Below are positions 1 through 11,304 of a stretch of DNA of 64,000 nt, in pieces; the first letter of the stretch is position 1; each line of letters begins with the position of its first letter. The stretch comes from Octopus sinensis (Eukaryota), in assembly GCF_006345805.1 (NCBI RefSeq), contig NC_042998.1:41912001-41976000 (forward strand), written 5' to 3'. A program made the position numbers and the translations under genes. The notes below the pieces were generated by a model. It saw only the letters and a program-made list of their open reading frames with translations. It did no database searches and was not told the DNA's origin.

Positions 1-72
1 TAGGATGAGGCATGATTAATTCAAGACAATGTGAATAAATAAACATTACATTTAAAAGAGAAATCTGAATGT
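1..72 (+). mobile_element. 3' fragment of the piggyBac-like MITE family, cut by the window edge
   Basis: GCATGATTAATTCAAGACAATGTGAATAAATAAACATTACATTT...ATCTGAATG matches the 3' half of the copies at 29430-29645 and 41390-41594. Confidence 0.6.
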
Positions 73-286
73 TCATCACACAGAAATCAGATTTGACTAT
101 ACTGAGATCAGTGATTATCCAATAAATTCTTTAATTTTGAAAAGTCATAACCCACTGGTCAATCAGCTTTAAATATATATTTGATAAGTCACCAACTTAC
201 TATTACTGCACCATTTATAAACATTTATATATCCTTGTATTGTTCTAGAAGTTCACTTCCATCTGACAAATTTAATACAACGTTGC

Positions 287-431
287 ATGCATACATGCAT
301 GCATACATACATACATACATACATACATACATACATACATACATACATACATACATACATACATACATACATACATACATACGTACATACATACATACAT
401 ACGTACATACATACACACACACACACACACA
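287..431. repeat. (TACA)n then (CA)n microsatellite
   Basis: Directly visible; accounts for ORFs 181..489, 225..428, 253..450 and 272..463. Confidence 0.95.
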
Positions 432-526
432 ATTCTCTTTTGGAATTCAATCCCTAAATACATATAAAGCTATATATGATAACATGTGAATATTGGGTTG
501 AAAATCTCTTGGATAGAAAAAATCAT

Positions 527-599
527 TGGTTGCCTGTGGGACTCAAGCCCACATATCCTGTAGACATGACAAGTTCCTTAGCATTGCATCAAAACAATC
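527..599 (-). pseudogene. Degenerate tRNA-like sequence (Thr-like), tRNA pseudogene or SINE head
   Basis: Minus strand, 73 nt: GATTGTTT/AGGCAACC acceptor-like pairing; A-box-like TGATGCAATGCTAAG; anticodon stem CTTGT/ACAGG with TGT at the anticodon position; T-arm GTGGG-CTTGAGT-CCCAC; T6 run about 5 nt downstream. U33 and the TTC loop are mutated. Confidence 0.45.
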
Positions 600-1084
600 C
601 TTCAAGCTTTTCTGCCCATTACCAGATTTATATGTACTTTGAGGACCAATCACAAAAAAGAATTATTCCATGTTCTTTCAAAAGTTTGTGAATTCCTTTG
701 ACATTAACAAGGTGCACAATGTAAGAGTGCCCCTTTTATGCAGGTCTGAGGAATTGCCACTCTAATGTTTAAAACCATAAATATTGTGTAAATTTTCACT
801 TTGAATTTTTGTGTGAACTGGCATTGAAATTAGATTTGGTTCTGAAATAATTGTAACTGATTATTAAAGATGTGGTAAAGTCTTTATTTGTCTTTGTCTT
901 GTATTTGGATTATATTTTACTCTTTACCAAACTTACACAACAGTTTTACCATAGTGATACCAGGATTTTCTACACCTGAAGAATTTTGATATTCATCTGG
1001 AACTGTGTTGATAGTCAAGAGCTTAGGTTGAGTGCTGCATTGGAAATACCCTATCTTTCTACACTATTAGGACCGTTATATATA

Positions 1085-1260
1085 TCATCATCTTATATAT
1101 CATGTTTTTTGTCCATTTATCCATGCTTGCATGGGTCATATGGAATTTGTTGAGGTAGATCTTCTTTGGGCATATCCCCTTCCTGCCACCAACCCTCATC
1201 TATTTTCAAGTAAGGTAATAATGTCCTAGCCTATCGAACACTGAAACAGCCTGGACATAG
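1085..1260 (-). mobile_element. RTE-associated short retroelement fragment
   Basis: (CAT)n tail next to CCATGCTTGCATGGGTCA...CCCTTCCTGCCACCAACCCTCA, related to the RTE 3' ends at 40.1-40.27 kb and 48.8 kb; similar decayed copy near 43170-43290. Confidence 0.5.
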
Positions 1261-2030
1261 TTATGAGCCTCTTTTGTTTAGTAAGATTGCACATGTCAAG
1301 ACATGTTAAAAAGTCCAAACATGTTTTTGTGATTGACTATCATCATCTGTCTATGAGTGGAGAGGTGGTAGGTGTACTTGGGGCTAGGCACTTGCTTCTG
1401 AAAACAGACCAGGCTCAGCACAGGTAGTTCAGTTACTCTCTTTGCAATACTGTCAGCTGCAGTGGAAAAAAGTCAACCATTATATATATGTGTATATATA
1501 TATGTATATTTATATATATATATATGTATATCTCTATCTATCTATCTATAGATATCTATATATATATATGTATATCTCTATCTATCTATCTACACACACA
1601 CACACACACACATCATATATGTATTATATATGTGTGTGTGTGAATGTGTATATTTATATGATGTGTACATAAACTATGGAAAATAATTGTGTTGGTGAGG
1701 ATGTTATGCAATATATTACATACAGTACATATATTACATGCATCGTATTCATATCTATCTATATATTACATAGATAGATATATCAAGTTTTGATTTTGTC
1801 ACTTATTTTGCCAGTGAATTTGTTAACAAAATTTTTCCCATTATACACCCCAAAACATTTTTATCATAAAAAGGGGGGATTTATAAGTAATTAGTGTAGC
1901 AGCCATTGATCAAATGCTGTAATTATCTTACAGCTTTTAAAGCCTATTACTGTGTAAATTTTAAACAGATGTTAGTAGATTTTGTTATTTTTTTTTGCAC
2001 ATAGAAAATTAAAAGAAAGGAAAATGTGAT

Positions 2031-2076
2031 TATTTTGACCTATTTCTGGGTTTTCTGGCCATTCATCAGAGAAAAA
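2031..2076 (-). ncRNA. Degenerate minimal hammerhead-like motif, probably a Penelope-type terminus
   Basis: Minus strand TTTTTCT-CTGATGA-A-TGG(CCAGAAAAC)CCA-GAAA-TAG-GTC-AAAA, next to a TA/TACA microsatellite. Confidence 0.3.
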
Positions 2077-2229
2077 CTATACGTATGTATATTATATAAT
2101 AAATACATACATACATGCATGCATTGACCTTATTGTTGATGTGGGCACTCTAACTGAGATTTTTATCAACAATTATACCTAGGTGTCTGATATTATTAGA
2201 TGCTGTGAGTGGTTCTCCTGAAGGAAGAG

Positions 2230-2545
2230 AGTATGGCTGTTTTAGTATAGTCTTTCTTCCAAAATGCATCAGCTAAAATTTTCCCTTGTTTAGTTGCATT
2301 TTGTTTTTGTCTTCCCATTGACTCACCGCATATAAATCAGACTGGAGTTGAGTTCGCTCTTCTTTATCATTGATGATTTTCTGGGGTTTAGTGTCATCAG
2401 CAAATATTTTCACTTTGCAGTGTTTTATGACATTGGAAAGGTCGTTTATGTAGATTATAAAGAGGAGTGGGCCCAAGAAAGTCCCCTTAGGGACACCGCT
2501 GGTGACTTTTGCTGGGCTTGAGTGGACTCCATTGACCACAATGTG
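2230..2545 (-). mobile_element. CR1/L2-superfamily LINE reverse transcriptase fragment
   Basis: ORF 2273..2539: VTSGVPKGTFLGPLLFIIYINDL...KIFADDTK...LQSDL, with the RT motifs GVPQG and F/YADD. Confidence 0.88.
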
Positions 2546-2769
2546 TCTATCTATCTATCTATCTATATATATATATATATGTATGTATGTACCGGAGTAA
2601 AGCACATAAATGTGAAACAAGGTGGAAAAAAAGAGTACTCAAATACCAAGATTATGCAGGCAGAGGTCCTTCCAACAAAACTGTCCAATGAACAGGAGTG
2701 TAACAGTTTTTGTGATATTTCTGCTGCTTTTAAATAGTGTATATATGTATGTATATAAATATATATATG

Positions 2770-2835
<66 letters not shown>

Positions 2836-2910
2836 GTTATTTAGAGATAGTAGTCCCCTTCATCACACCATATAAAAGAATTTTAATTTAATTTGATACT
2901 TACTACTCAT

Positions 2911-3016
2911 TTCTCAGCTACACATGTTTCTTGTGGTTCTTTTACGGTTCCTTAAGCATGCAGTGTTTTACAGGAACCTTTCTTAAAATGTAACGTCAAT
3001 CATCAGGCCTCTAAAT
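2911..3016 (-). ncRNA. Type I hammerhead-ribozyme-like motif with extended stem II
   Basis: Minus strand GGC-CTGATGA-[TTGACGTT..GGTTCCT..AGGAACC..AACCACAA]-GAAAC-ATGT-GTA-GCT; canonical core; self-complementary ACATGTGT at stem III. Confidence 0.5.
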
Positions 3017-3546
3017 AACTTTATCATAGTTTGATACCAAATACTATATTTTAATTTTAACATATAAGTATGTGTATGTGTAAATAGATTTGCCGGACCT
3101 TACTGTGCAAGCCATAATTTAATTCCAATAAGATTAGTAAAAATAAAAATTAAAATTAAAAAAAAAAAAATACAAATAAAAAATAAAAATTTACGAAAAC
3201 TAAATTCTCATATAACTTATGTCTGTAAACATTCATATAAAATTAATAATATGTAGGAATAAAAATATATATTTGCATATATGAATTTGTATATGTGGAT
3301 GTAATGTGTGTGCATTATGTATGTATGATTTACAAATGGTAAGATTTATTTGTTTCAGAAGAATATTCAACAGTATATATATTTGTAAACAGTGATTTGA
3401 GTACAAACTATAACAGGAACATACTAAGTGAATCAAATTTTGTTGCTCTTGCTTACCAGATAAATATGCTAATCATTTCATAACATGTATGTTACACCTT
3501 TTCCTCTCAAATGAAGCAAGTTTTAGCTATAGTACCAAGTACTTAC

Positions 3547-3693
3547 ATGAACTTCATTTTCACATACTGCCTATAGAATTTGCTTACTAACTTCATATAA
3601 TTTCAGTTCATTTTTTCCCAATAAAATCTATCACACCAGAATACCTCAGTTTTATTCTATGTCCTTACGTTCTCATAAGTACATAGAACGTAC
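3547..3693 (-). other. Pair of candidate micro-exons (3693-3669, 25 nt; 3570-3547, 24 nt)
   Basis: gatttttcag|GTACG...GAAC|gtaagg and ttctatag|GCAG...TCAT|gtaagt, 98-nt intron; two frames stay open when joined (TFYVLMRTQYVKMKF or YVLCTYENAVCENEVH); protein not recognised. Confidence 0.35.
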
Positions 3694-3948
3694 CTGAAAA
3701 ATCATAACTCTTTTATAAATGTATAACTAAGATTTATATATAAAAAGAAATAAGTGGGATATGTATGAGTGTGTGCATGTATAAAGCTAGAAGTGGAATG
3801 AATATATATTTATATATATACTCAAACTAAGCTACAAGAATAACTTTGGTAATTTGGTACGATCGTTTCACGCTACATCATTTTATTAAATGTTGTAACA
3901 ATTTTCCATTAATACATAATTTTCATATCAATTGATAACATTATAGAG

Positions 3949-3996
<48 letters not shown>

Positions 3997-4949
3997 TTTA
4001 AAATTTGTTTGAGCTATGAGAGTGTCACTGTCCTTGACTATACTGTTTTACAAGGTTTGCTTATTCTTATAAAAAGTTCTCTATAGCCAGTACTGTATTT
4101 ATTATATAGTTTTATAAAAAAAAATGTTGCTTTCTTATTTTGATATATAATGTTTGAATCTATGATAGTATCCATCTGTACAATAAATTTCCATAATAAA
4201 ATGTTTGCTTTCTCATACATGCCCTAAGATCCATTCATCTACATCTGTATAAATATTTTGGAAGGCATTCTCTAGATTAGCATGAGTAAAAGTTGGCACT
4301 TGAAAACCTCCAATGATGTGCCGTATCTTTGCATGGTACCTGTTTATTGAGTGGTGAATTGTGCTACCAAAAGATGTCATGGCTTGTTACCCAATTGTGA
4401 CTTTCAGGAAGATATTTTGTATAACATAACCTTTTCACCTGAAAATCTATTGTAGTTGGAATTTTTGAACATATTTGAAAATGACACAAATTGAAAGACA
4501 GAATATTCAAGTAACTGATTAACCATCACTGAGCTGATTAAATTTTCGCATACTAAATTAATTTTTGCAGATACTAAATTAATTTTTTGAAATTAGCTGA
4601 AATTGATATCCCCAAGTTATGTACACAAATAATAACTTAAACATTTTTTGGTTAAATATAAGTTAACTCGGTTCCCATGTCTCAAGTGAGCATGTCATAG
4701 AACTGAGCATACCTGGTTCCCATACAGTAATGGTTAATGAGCATTTCAAACATAATGATAGAGAATAGGTTGAAATATTAACAAAAGTTTAGATAAAATA
4801 ATATCACTTTTATAAGAATATTATCTTCTAGCATCAAGAATTTCAAGTTAATTTTTCAGAAAAAATTTTAATTAATTTCCGTAACCTGCTTTATCTTGAA
4901 ATGGATGAAATTTTAAGAAGAAAAATTGTAAGAAGCTGTTCATTAGTAA

Positions 4950-5200
4950 ATTTGATTGTAATAATTAAAGTGCAATATAAAGGAAGTGTTATTTGCTAGC
5001 AAGTTGCTTAAAGGAAACAATGTTGTTGCACTTGATACCAGTAAAGTTTTCAACATGTCTGGCATGAGAACTCTAATAGGCTCCCACTATTCTTTCTCTG
5101 TGTTAGCAATCTACCTACTGTTACCTCTGGTAACACTCATTTCATATGTAGATGTCTTTACTCTTCATCCTTCCTTAGCCTATTGCATATGGGCTATAGA
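4950..5200 (+). mobile_element. Decayed CR1/Jockey-like LINE RT fragment
   Basis: ORF 4986: VVALDTSKVFN resembles the RT motif ALDISKAFD. Confidence 0.5.
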
Positions 5201-5204
5201 ATTT

Positions 5205-6250
5205 TTACTGTAGCATTCCATGCTTTACATTATTTACGTGGTTGCTGACATCATCAAATGGTTGGGTGATCAGTCTCTTTAACATGGCTGCCAATTTGAT
5301 GAAGATAGTTGGAAGAATACACACAGATACATGAGCTAGTTCATTATTAAGCCAAATGCATGATGAAGATAATGTCAATTTAATTAGGCCATCTCCAACT
5401 AACAATTATGGAAAAAGTTGTTACAGATGTGGTTTCAAAACTTATATCTTTTCTGATCTTATGTGTCCACTAAAGAGAAAATCTGCTAATCATGTAAAAA
5501 AAAAAAGAAGTCAGTCACAAGCATATGTGAATCAGTGTGGCTCATTTGTTTATTTGAGTTTAGAGAGGATTGAGAATGATTGGAAATACACCTTATCATC
5601 CTTAAGCATATGTTTTAGTAACAAGATTCAGTAAAACCATTGGCAAAATGATCAAGCTCTCAATCTGGGAAGTGGAATAAAGATATTAGGAAAATCTTAT
5701 TATTCTATTAAAACAATCCTCATTCATCAACAGAGATGTCACCATCAAATCATCTCTTATTTGACTAACATCTAGGACATGAAATTTCTGTAACAAACAA
5801 AAAGACAAGGGCAAACTAATGATATTACAGCAAAATCTAACATGAAAATATACTATGCTGATTTTAGAAGATATAGTACTGAGGCAGAGGAGTTAATAAT
5901 CATATAATTTTAAAAAATTGACAAACAACTAACAAAATTTTAATTTGATTCAGAGAAAGAGAAGATCTCTAGATTGGTTGGAAACACTGATGTGGAACAT
6001 GTCTAACATCCAAGCTGGTACTTTGAAGTGCAAAAGCTATATATAATATGTTTATTGACTGAATCAACTGATGAAAGTATCAATGAAGATAATGAGGTAT
6101 CATAAGAGAGCAAACATCCCCAGAAATCATGTGAACCAAAGCATAATATGTATAAGTCTACAAGAATAAACAAGGCTATATCAGTAACTTGATACAGTTC
6201 TCCCTGTGAGTACAGTGAAAAAAGAGGAAAACGGAACAAATACATTTCAT
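5205..6250 (+). mobile_element. Decayed Gypsy-like gag remnant
   Basis: ORF 5356: SCYRCGFKTYIFSDLMCPLKRKSANHVKKK resembles a Gypsy gag zinc-knuckle region (CYRCG..H...CP....C..C.K); many stops. Confidence 0.45.
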
Positions 6251-6599
6251 ATGGTAGTCTTGCATGCTTCCCATGAATCTCATACTTACTATGTCATGTA
6301 ACTTGTCCTGATGATCAAAGGATCAATGTTATTTAACACAGTTACCAGTTTAATGAAGATTGGTTTTTCCATTGAATAAAGCTTTCAAAGATAAAGTACC
6401 TCTTGTAATTGTGATTTTGCTTGAATAAACACTGCACAATAAAACTGTTGGTCTTGAATAAGTTCATTGTCAGACATATTATATGCATATCATCCACTGA
6501 TGCCATGAACAGAGTCGTTGAGAGCATCTTATAAAGGCAACATAATGACAGTCTGTTTTGACAACACAAAAGTTCAATCACTTTAATTTCAGATTAGTT

Positions 6600-7180
6600 T
6601 CAGAAGCCCTAAAAATGGTCATGGCTGTTGTCTTCTTCCTCTGACATGGTGTCAAAAAAAGAAGAAAATCACTACACAGTAGCTAGGAAACAATTTTATA
6701 CTTCACTCTTTCTAGTCATAAAAAACACACAACTTCACAAGATGCTTTAAATGCTAGACTTCTGAACCCTTCATGAGTTTTCAAAGAGACTTCCACATAT
6801 TTAATATTACCAACAATGCAATAAAAAGACTAAGATTACAATTTGGTGCCAAGAAATACTTCAGCCTTGATTGGTTTTTAACCATTTGCAAAGCTCAAGT
6901 AAGGCTCCCATTGGAATACTGCTTACAGTTATTGAAAGGTGCTGCTGCTACCTGTGCAAATATTTTCAGCTGCATCCAAAAGAAAGCCACCCATCCGATT
7001 GGCAAAGATTTAATTACTGAAATGCTTCAACCACAAGCTCACAGACATGCTATTCCTATTCTTCCATTGCCAATACAATGACTTCTTCTTTGAACTAGTT
7101 CATTGCATACCTGCCTCCTTTCAAGTTCACTTACTTCACCACCTTCCATTTCCCTTACTGTCTTTCCAGTCCTAATCTAA
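6600..7180 (+). mobile_element. CR1/Jockey-like LINE 3' RT region
   Basis: ORF 6773: ICKAQVRLPLEYCLQLLKGAAATCANIFSCIQKKATHPIG resembles the LYKAQIRP.LEYCS.IW....LD.IQ.KA post-RT motif. Confidence 0.75.
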
Positions 7181-7187
7181 ATTTACC

Positions 7188-7239
<52 letters not shown>

Positions 7240-7241
<2 letters not shown>

Positions 7242-8491
7242 GAGTGTAACAGGTAAATTTGGACAAGTTTCAAATGGTTATATATCTAATTGTATAGATT
7301 TTGTTGGAGTCTAAATTTTAAATATTACCAGCTGGAATAATCCCTTGTACTTATTTTTCTGATTGAACAAATTATAAATGTTAATAAAGAACGAAACCGT
7401 AGAAGTGTTATTGCCAAATTATTCCATGCCAGCAAAAGTTAGAGTCACAAAATATGCCAAATCTACTATTTTTAGAGTTGTAGCCTATTTGAAGAAAAAT
7501 CAGGGTGTTCAGAGAAAGATTCAAAGTCCTTGCAGTGACCAAGAATGCACACCTTACTTCTTAGCAGGACTTAAAAGGTTGATTGAGTTGAACCCATCAA
7601 AATCAATGGCAAAGTTGGTTCACGATTAAAGAATCAGTAAAATGACCATTTCTAGGGCTGTGGGACAAGACATCCATATGAAATTGTGTGTGAGGAGACA
7701 ATGTAACCTCCTAACTACCTGCTCCAAAGCCATTTGAGGCAAAAGAAGGTCCAAAATTTCTTAGTCATCTGAAACATTGAGGCAGAGAAATCTGTATTTT
7801 CGTAGATGAAAAGTAGTTTGTAGTATATGAGGTTGTAATCCATCAAAACTCATGAGTCAAAGTGTACAGTCTTTCCCAAGTTCCTTCAGCTATGCATTAT
7901 AGCAAGAATCCAGCTTCCATTATGGTCTTTGGAGCTGTTGCAAGTGATGGTAAATTGATGCCTCCTCATTTTATCGAAGTGGGTCTTAGAATCAATACAG
8001 TAGAGTATCTCAAAGAAGTTTTGTTGCCTTGGATTAGGAAGCATTGTGATACAAGTCGAGTCATGTTAGCACAGGACTCCGCACCCACATATTCTTTGGA
8101 AAGAGTGCAAGAATTTTTGAAGAAGGAATTGCCCAAATTTGTCCCTAAAGATATCTGGCACTCTAGCTTGTCAGATTTGAATCCATGTGATCTTTTTGGC
8201 TATGGGGCGCAGTTGAAACAATATCCAACATAACTTCACACAACTGTGTGTCTTCACTGAAGACTTTGATCAAGCGAGCTTTTGGCAAAATGAAAAAGGA
8301 AGGTATGCATAACATTTTCTTAATAGATTGAACTGGTAAGGAAAGCAAATGATGGTCACATTGAACTGAAATAATTGCTAAACACTCCACAATGGATTGG
8401 CATAAACATAAAAATTGTAGTGTTTGATTTTTCCGAGTTATAACCAATTATAATAAAGATATTTAAATGGTCCCAATTTAACTGTTACCCC

Positions 8492-8494
<3 letters not shown>
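7240..8494 (+). mobile_element. maT (DD37D) Tc1/mariner-superfamily transposon, near full length, inactivated
   Basis: 27-bp TIRs, 22/27 identical (CAGAGTGTAACAGGTAAATTTGGACAA vs reverse complement of 8468-8494); TA on the right; FVDEK, KNPASIMVFGAVASDGKLMPP, QDSAP...DLNPCD with 37 residues between the second and third D; stops and frameshifts. Confidence 0.9.
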
Positions 8495-8529
<35 letters not shown>

Positions 8530-8544
8530 TAAATTTGATTACAG

Positions 8545-8686
8545 AGTGTGTTAACCTCATGAAGGGATGGTTTGCTCGAGGCTATAATAGGAGACACTTA
8601 CCCAAGATGCCATGCAGTGGAACTAAACCTGAAACCAAGTGGTTGGGAAGCAAGTTTTTTACCACACAACCACACCTGTGCCTCTA
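8545..8686 (-). mobile_element. tRNA-derived SINE family A, 5' half
   Basis: Reverse complement GGTGTGGTTGTGTGGTAAAAAACTTGCTTCCCAACCAC...GGTTTAGTTCCACTGCATGGCATCTTGGGTAAGTGTC; matches copies at 40285, 47190, 47985, 54620 and 54836. Confidence 0.8.
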
Positions 8687-8802
8687 CACAGCCAGAGAGA
8701 GAGAGAGAGAGAGAGAGAGGGAAACAGAGAAAGAGAGAGTGAGAGGTAAAGAGAAAGGGAAAGAGAAAGAGTAAGAGCAAGAGATATAGATACACACACA
8801 TA

Positions 8803-8833
<31 letters not shown>

Positions 8834-8999
8834 CTATATATATATAGATATATGTTATCCAAACTGTATAGTATTAAATATCCATCACAGCTGGTTTTGC
8901 CTGTTGGTTTCGCATAAAGAATACAATGGAGTGTTAGGCAATAGACAGATTATATAACTTTATGCTCATCAGAGTTAGCCTATATGGAAGGGAATATGT

Positions 9000-9493
9000 T
9001 GACTGCTTTCTATTGTCAGAAGTGGAAGTGGATTAGCACAACCAGTCAGCAGTTGTGAAAAAGGTGATGGAATGAAAAAGGGGTCAGGGGATTGGTTTAG
9101 GAGTTATGTCCCTTGGTTGGGTATGCTGTGAAGCCCGCAAGAATTATCTTGAAGTGGGGAAAGTGTGTATTATTAATGTGGGGATGGGGTGTGTGGTATG
9201 TGTAGTGGTGTCATATGTATAATTTGTAGGTACATAGAGCTGTGACCATTGGTCTGTTTTCTTTCTATAAAGGATAATGTTGTGGGGGTTGGGTTATGTT
9301 AGCATGGGTGTGTAATGTGTGTGTGGGGGATTTGTGTATATGTGGAGGTACAATATGTGTGAAGGGGTATAAGTTGGTGGGGAGGCAGTTTATCTTGTAG
9401 GTAGTCCACCTTATAGGGGTGAGTGTATGTCCGCCTTATAGGGATGTGTGCTTGTGTGTACATGGGTACCTTGGTGTCTGCTTTGGTCAAACA

Positions 9494-9495
<2 letters not shown>
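9000..9495 (-). mobile_element. Possibly a very decayed retroelement (Penelope-like?)
   Basis: Strongly skewed composition with a coding-like minus strand (ORF 9299..9490); only vague motif resemblance. Confidence 0.2.
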
Positions 9496-9527
<32 letters not shown>

Positions 9528-9694
9528 AGGCAACTAACAATTTATATAATATAAACTTTACTAGTACAAGATCGAAAATCAAACAGAACTGTCTAAAAGA
9601 GTAAAATCCCATATCTGTTGTACTTGTAAATATATAATATTAAGTTTATATCTGTGTATGTGTGTGTGTTGTTAATTCTTGCACAAATACTTAC

Positions 9695-9737
9695 ACAAAT
9701 CATAAGGATCCATATGGCTGATAGCCAATTCTGTTAT
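9695..9737 (-). other. Candidate 43-nt exon (ITELAISHMDPYDL, phase 0 to 1)
   Basis: aacttaacactgcag|ATAAC...TTTGT|gtaagt; only one frame open. Confidence 0.3.
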
Positions 9738-9970
9738 CTGCAGTGTTAAGTTGATGGAAGATAAATTCCCCCTTCCTATTGGATAAAATACTAGTCTATT
9801 GCTTGTATTCTTTTCATTATTGCCTGGTCTATATTTCCCCCTAGATAAGTAAACTGAGGCAATGTGGAATTAAATATCTTGTCAGAAATACAGCCAAAAC
9901 AACTGCAGTACATTTGAACTCAGAGACTTTATGCTGACAGTCCAATTCTGTGTGTGTATGTGTGTGAGAG

Positions 9971-10034
<64 letters not shown>

Positions 10035-10357
10035 TGTGCGTGTGTGTGTGTGAGTGAGAGATAGAGTTGATTGTACACTTGAGTTGTTCTCTGCAAGTCT
10101 ACAATTCACCACCAACGTTTTATTCATTCATTTTTTTTGCGATTGGGTCAACATTTGGTTTTAAAAGGGTCTAATTCAATGTCTATTGGTTGTACTTCAG
10201 CTTTTTCTCACAGAGGTTTAGCCTACATCATCTCCTGTTGGAGTTTATGCCTTTGAACAATTGAAAGACATCTTCCCACCAAGGGTTTGAATTCAGCATT
10301 GCATATTATTAAAACATTCATCACTTATTTATCCACTAATCTTGCAGCCTGCCAAGA

Positions 10358-10448
10358 ATGGCTTATACCCCTATGGCTTATACCCCTATGGCTTATACCC
10401 CTATGGCTTATACCCCTATGGCTTATACCCCTTATGGCTTATACCCCT
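10358..10448. repeat. Minisatellite, 6 x ATGGCTTATACCCCT
   Basis: Five perfect head-to-tail 15-mers plus a sixth after a 1-nt insertion; no spacers. Confidence 0.95.
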
Positions 10449-11304
10449 TTATTTGCTGCTAGTGTTGGGCTATTAAGAATCAAGTATTTGTCAGAGGCAA
10501 AGCACAGTATTTGTGCTTTACAAACTGCTAATGTTGGGAGGGGTTAGTCAACATCCTATCACTTAGACTATTTGTGACTCTACCTCACAAACAGTCTGAT
10601 TAGTAATTAGTTCATGTAAAAACTGCAATTGAGATTGAAATTGCATTACATATATAGAGTTTAAAACTATAGCATATTATGGTGGCACTCTGGTCATTTC
10701 AAGTAACTACCTAAAAGAATACAAGAGGTATAGATTTTATGAATGATTAATTATACAATTATTAATATTATATTAAGTCTGGCAAGCACCATAGTATAGG
10801 TGGTAAGCTCCTCGTGAACTGGGTTTTTGTTTCAGTTTTGATTTCTTTCTGGTTGAACTATTTCAATTACTCTGATTATGTTTTTAGAAGAGGGATGAAT
10901 GTTACAACTTCCTAGAATTCATCAGATTTTTTTTTATCTTTTAATGGATACCTGCTCTCAAAATGTCAAGTAATTCTTTGTGTTTATTATACTACTGTGT
11001 GGAATGAACAAATAGTTATCATTATCATATCAAGTAGGTATATCTAGGTATCTCCAAGCATTGGTGTTAATTTAGAATATACACAGATTAGATCAGAGGA
11101 GGTGGGTTCACTTCTTGTTAGAAATTTAGTATTTTAGAACTATTTGTTTTTATCTGATCTGTAGTTCAGTTGTTAGTAAGAGAATGTTCATTGTTTTCAG
11201 GATATGTTGAGAATATGCTGTGTACTTTAATGGTTATACTGCAAAAATATATGTATACATGAATGTGTGTGTGTTTTTGAGAGCTACCTGATATGATTGT
11301 TTCA

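Noticed and set aside
2005-2082. Plus-strand 78-nt open exon KIKRKENVIILTYFWVFWPFIREKLY with good splice sites
   Set aside because: It overlaps the probable Penelope-type terminus, and the donor is the start of a microsatellite; not excluded but unsupported
4204-4374. 56-codon minus ORF MTSFGSTIHHSINRYHAKIRHIIGGFQVPTF...ILGHV
   Set aside because: No recognisable homology, weak acceptor, and it does not join consistently with neighbouring candidates
10358-10448. Direct repeats as a possible CRISPR array (also 31741-31812 and 39936-40000)
   Set aside because: No spacers, no cas genes, eukaryotic context
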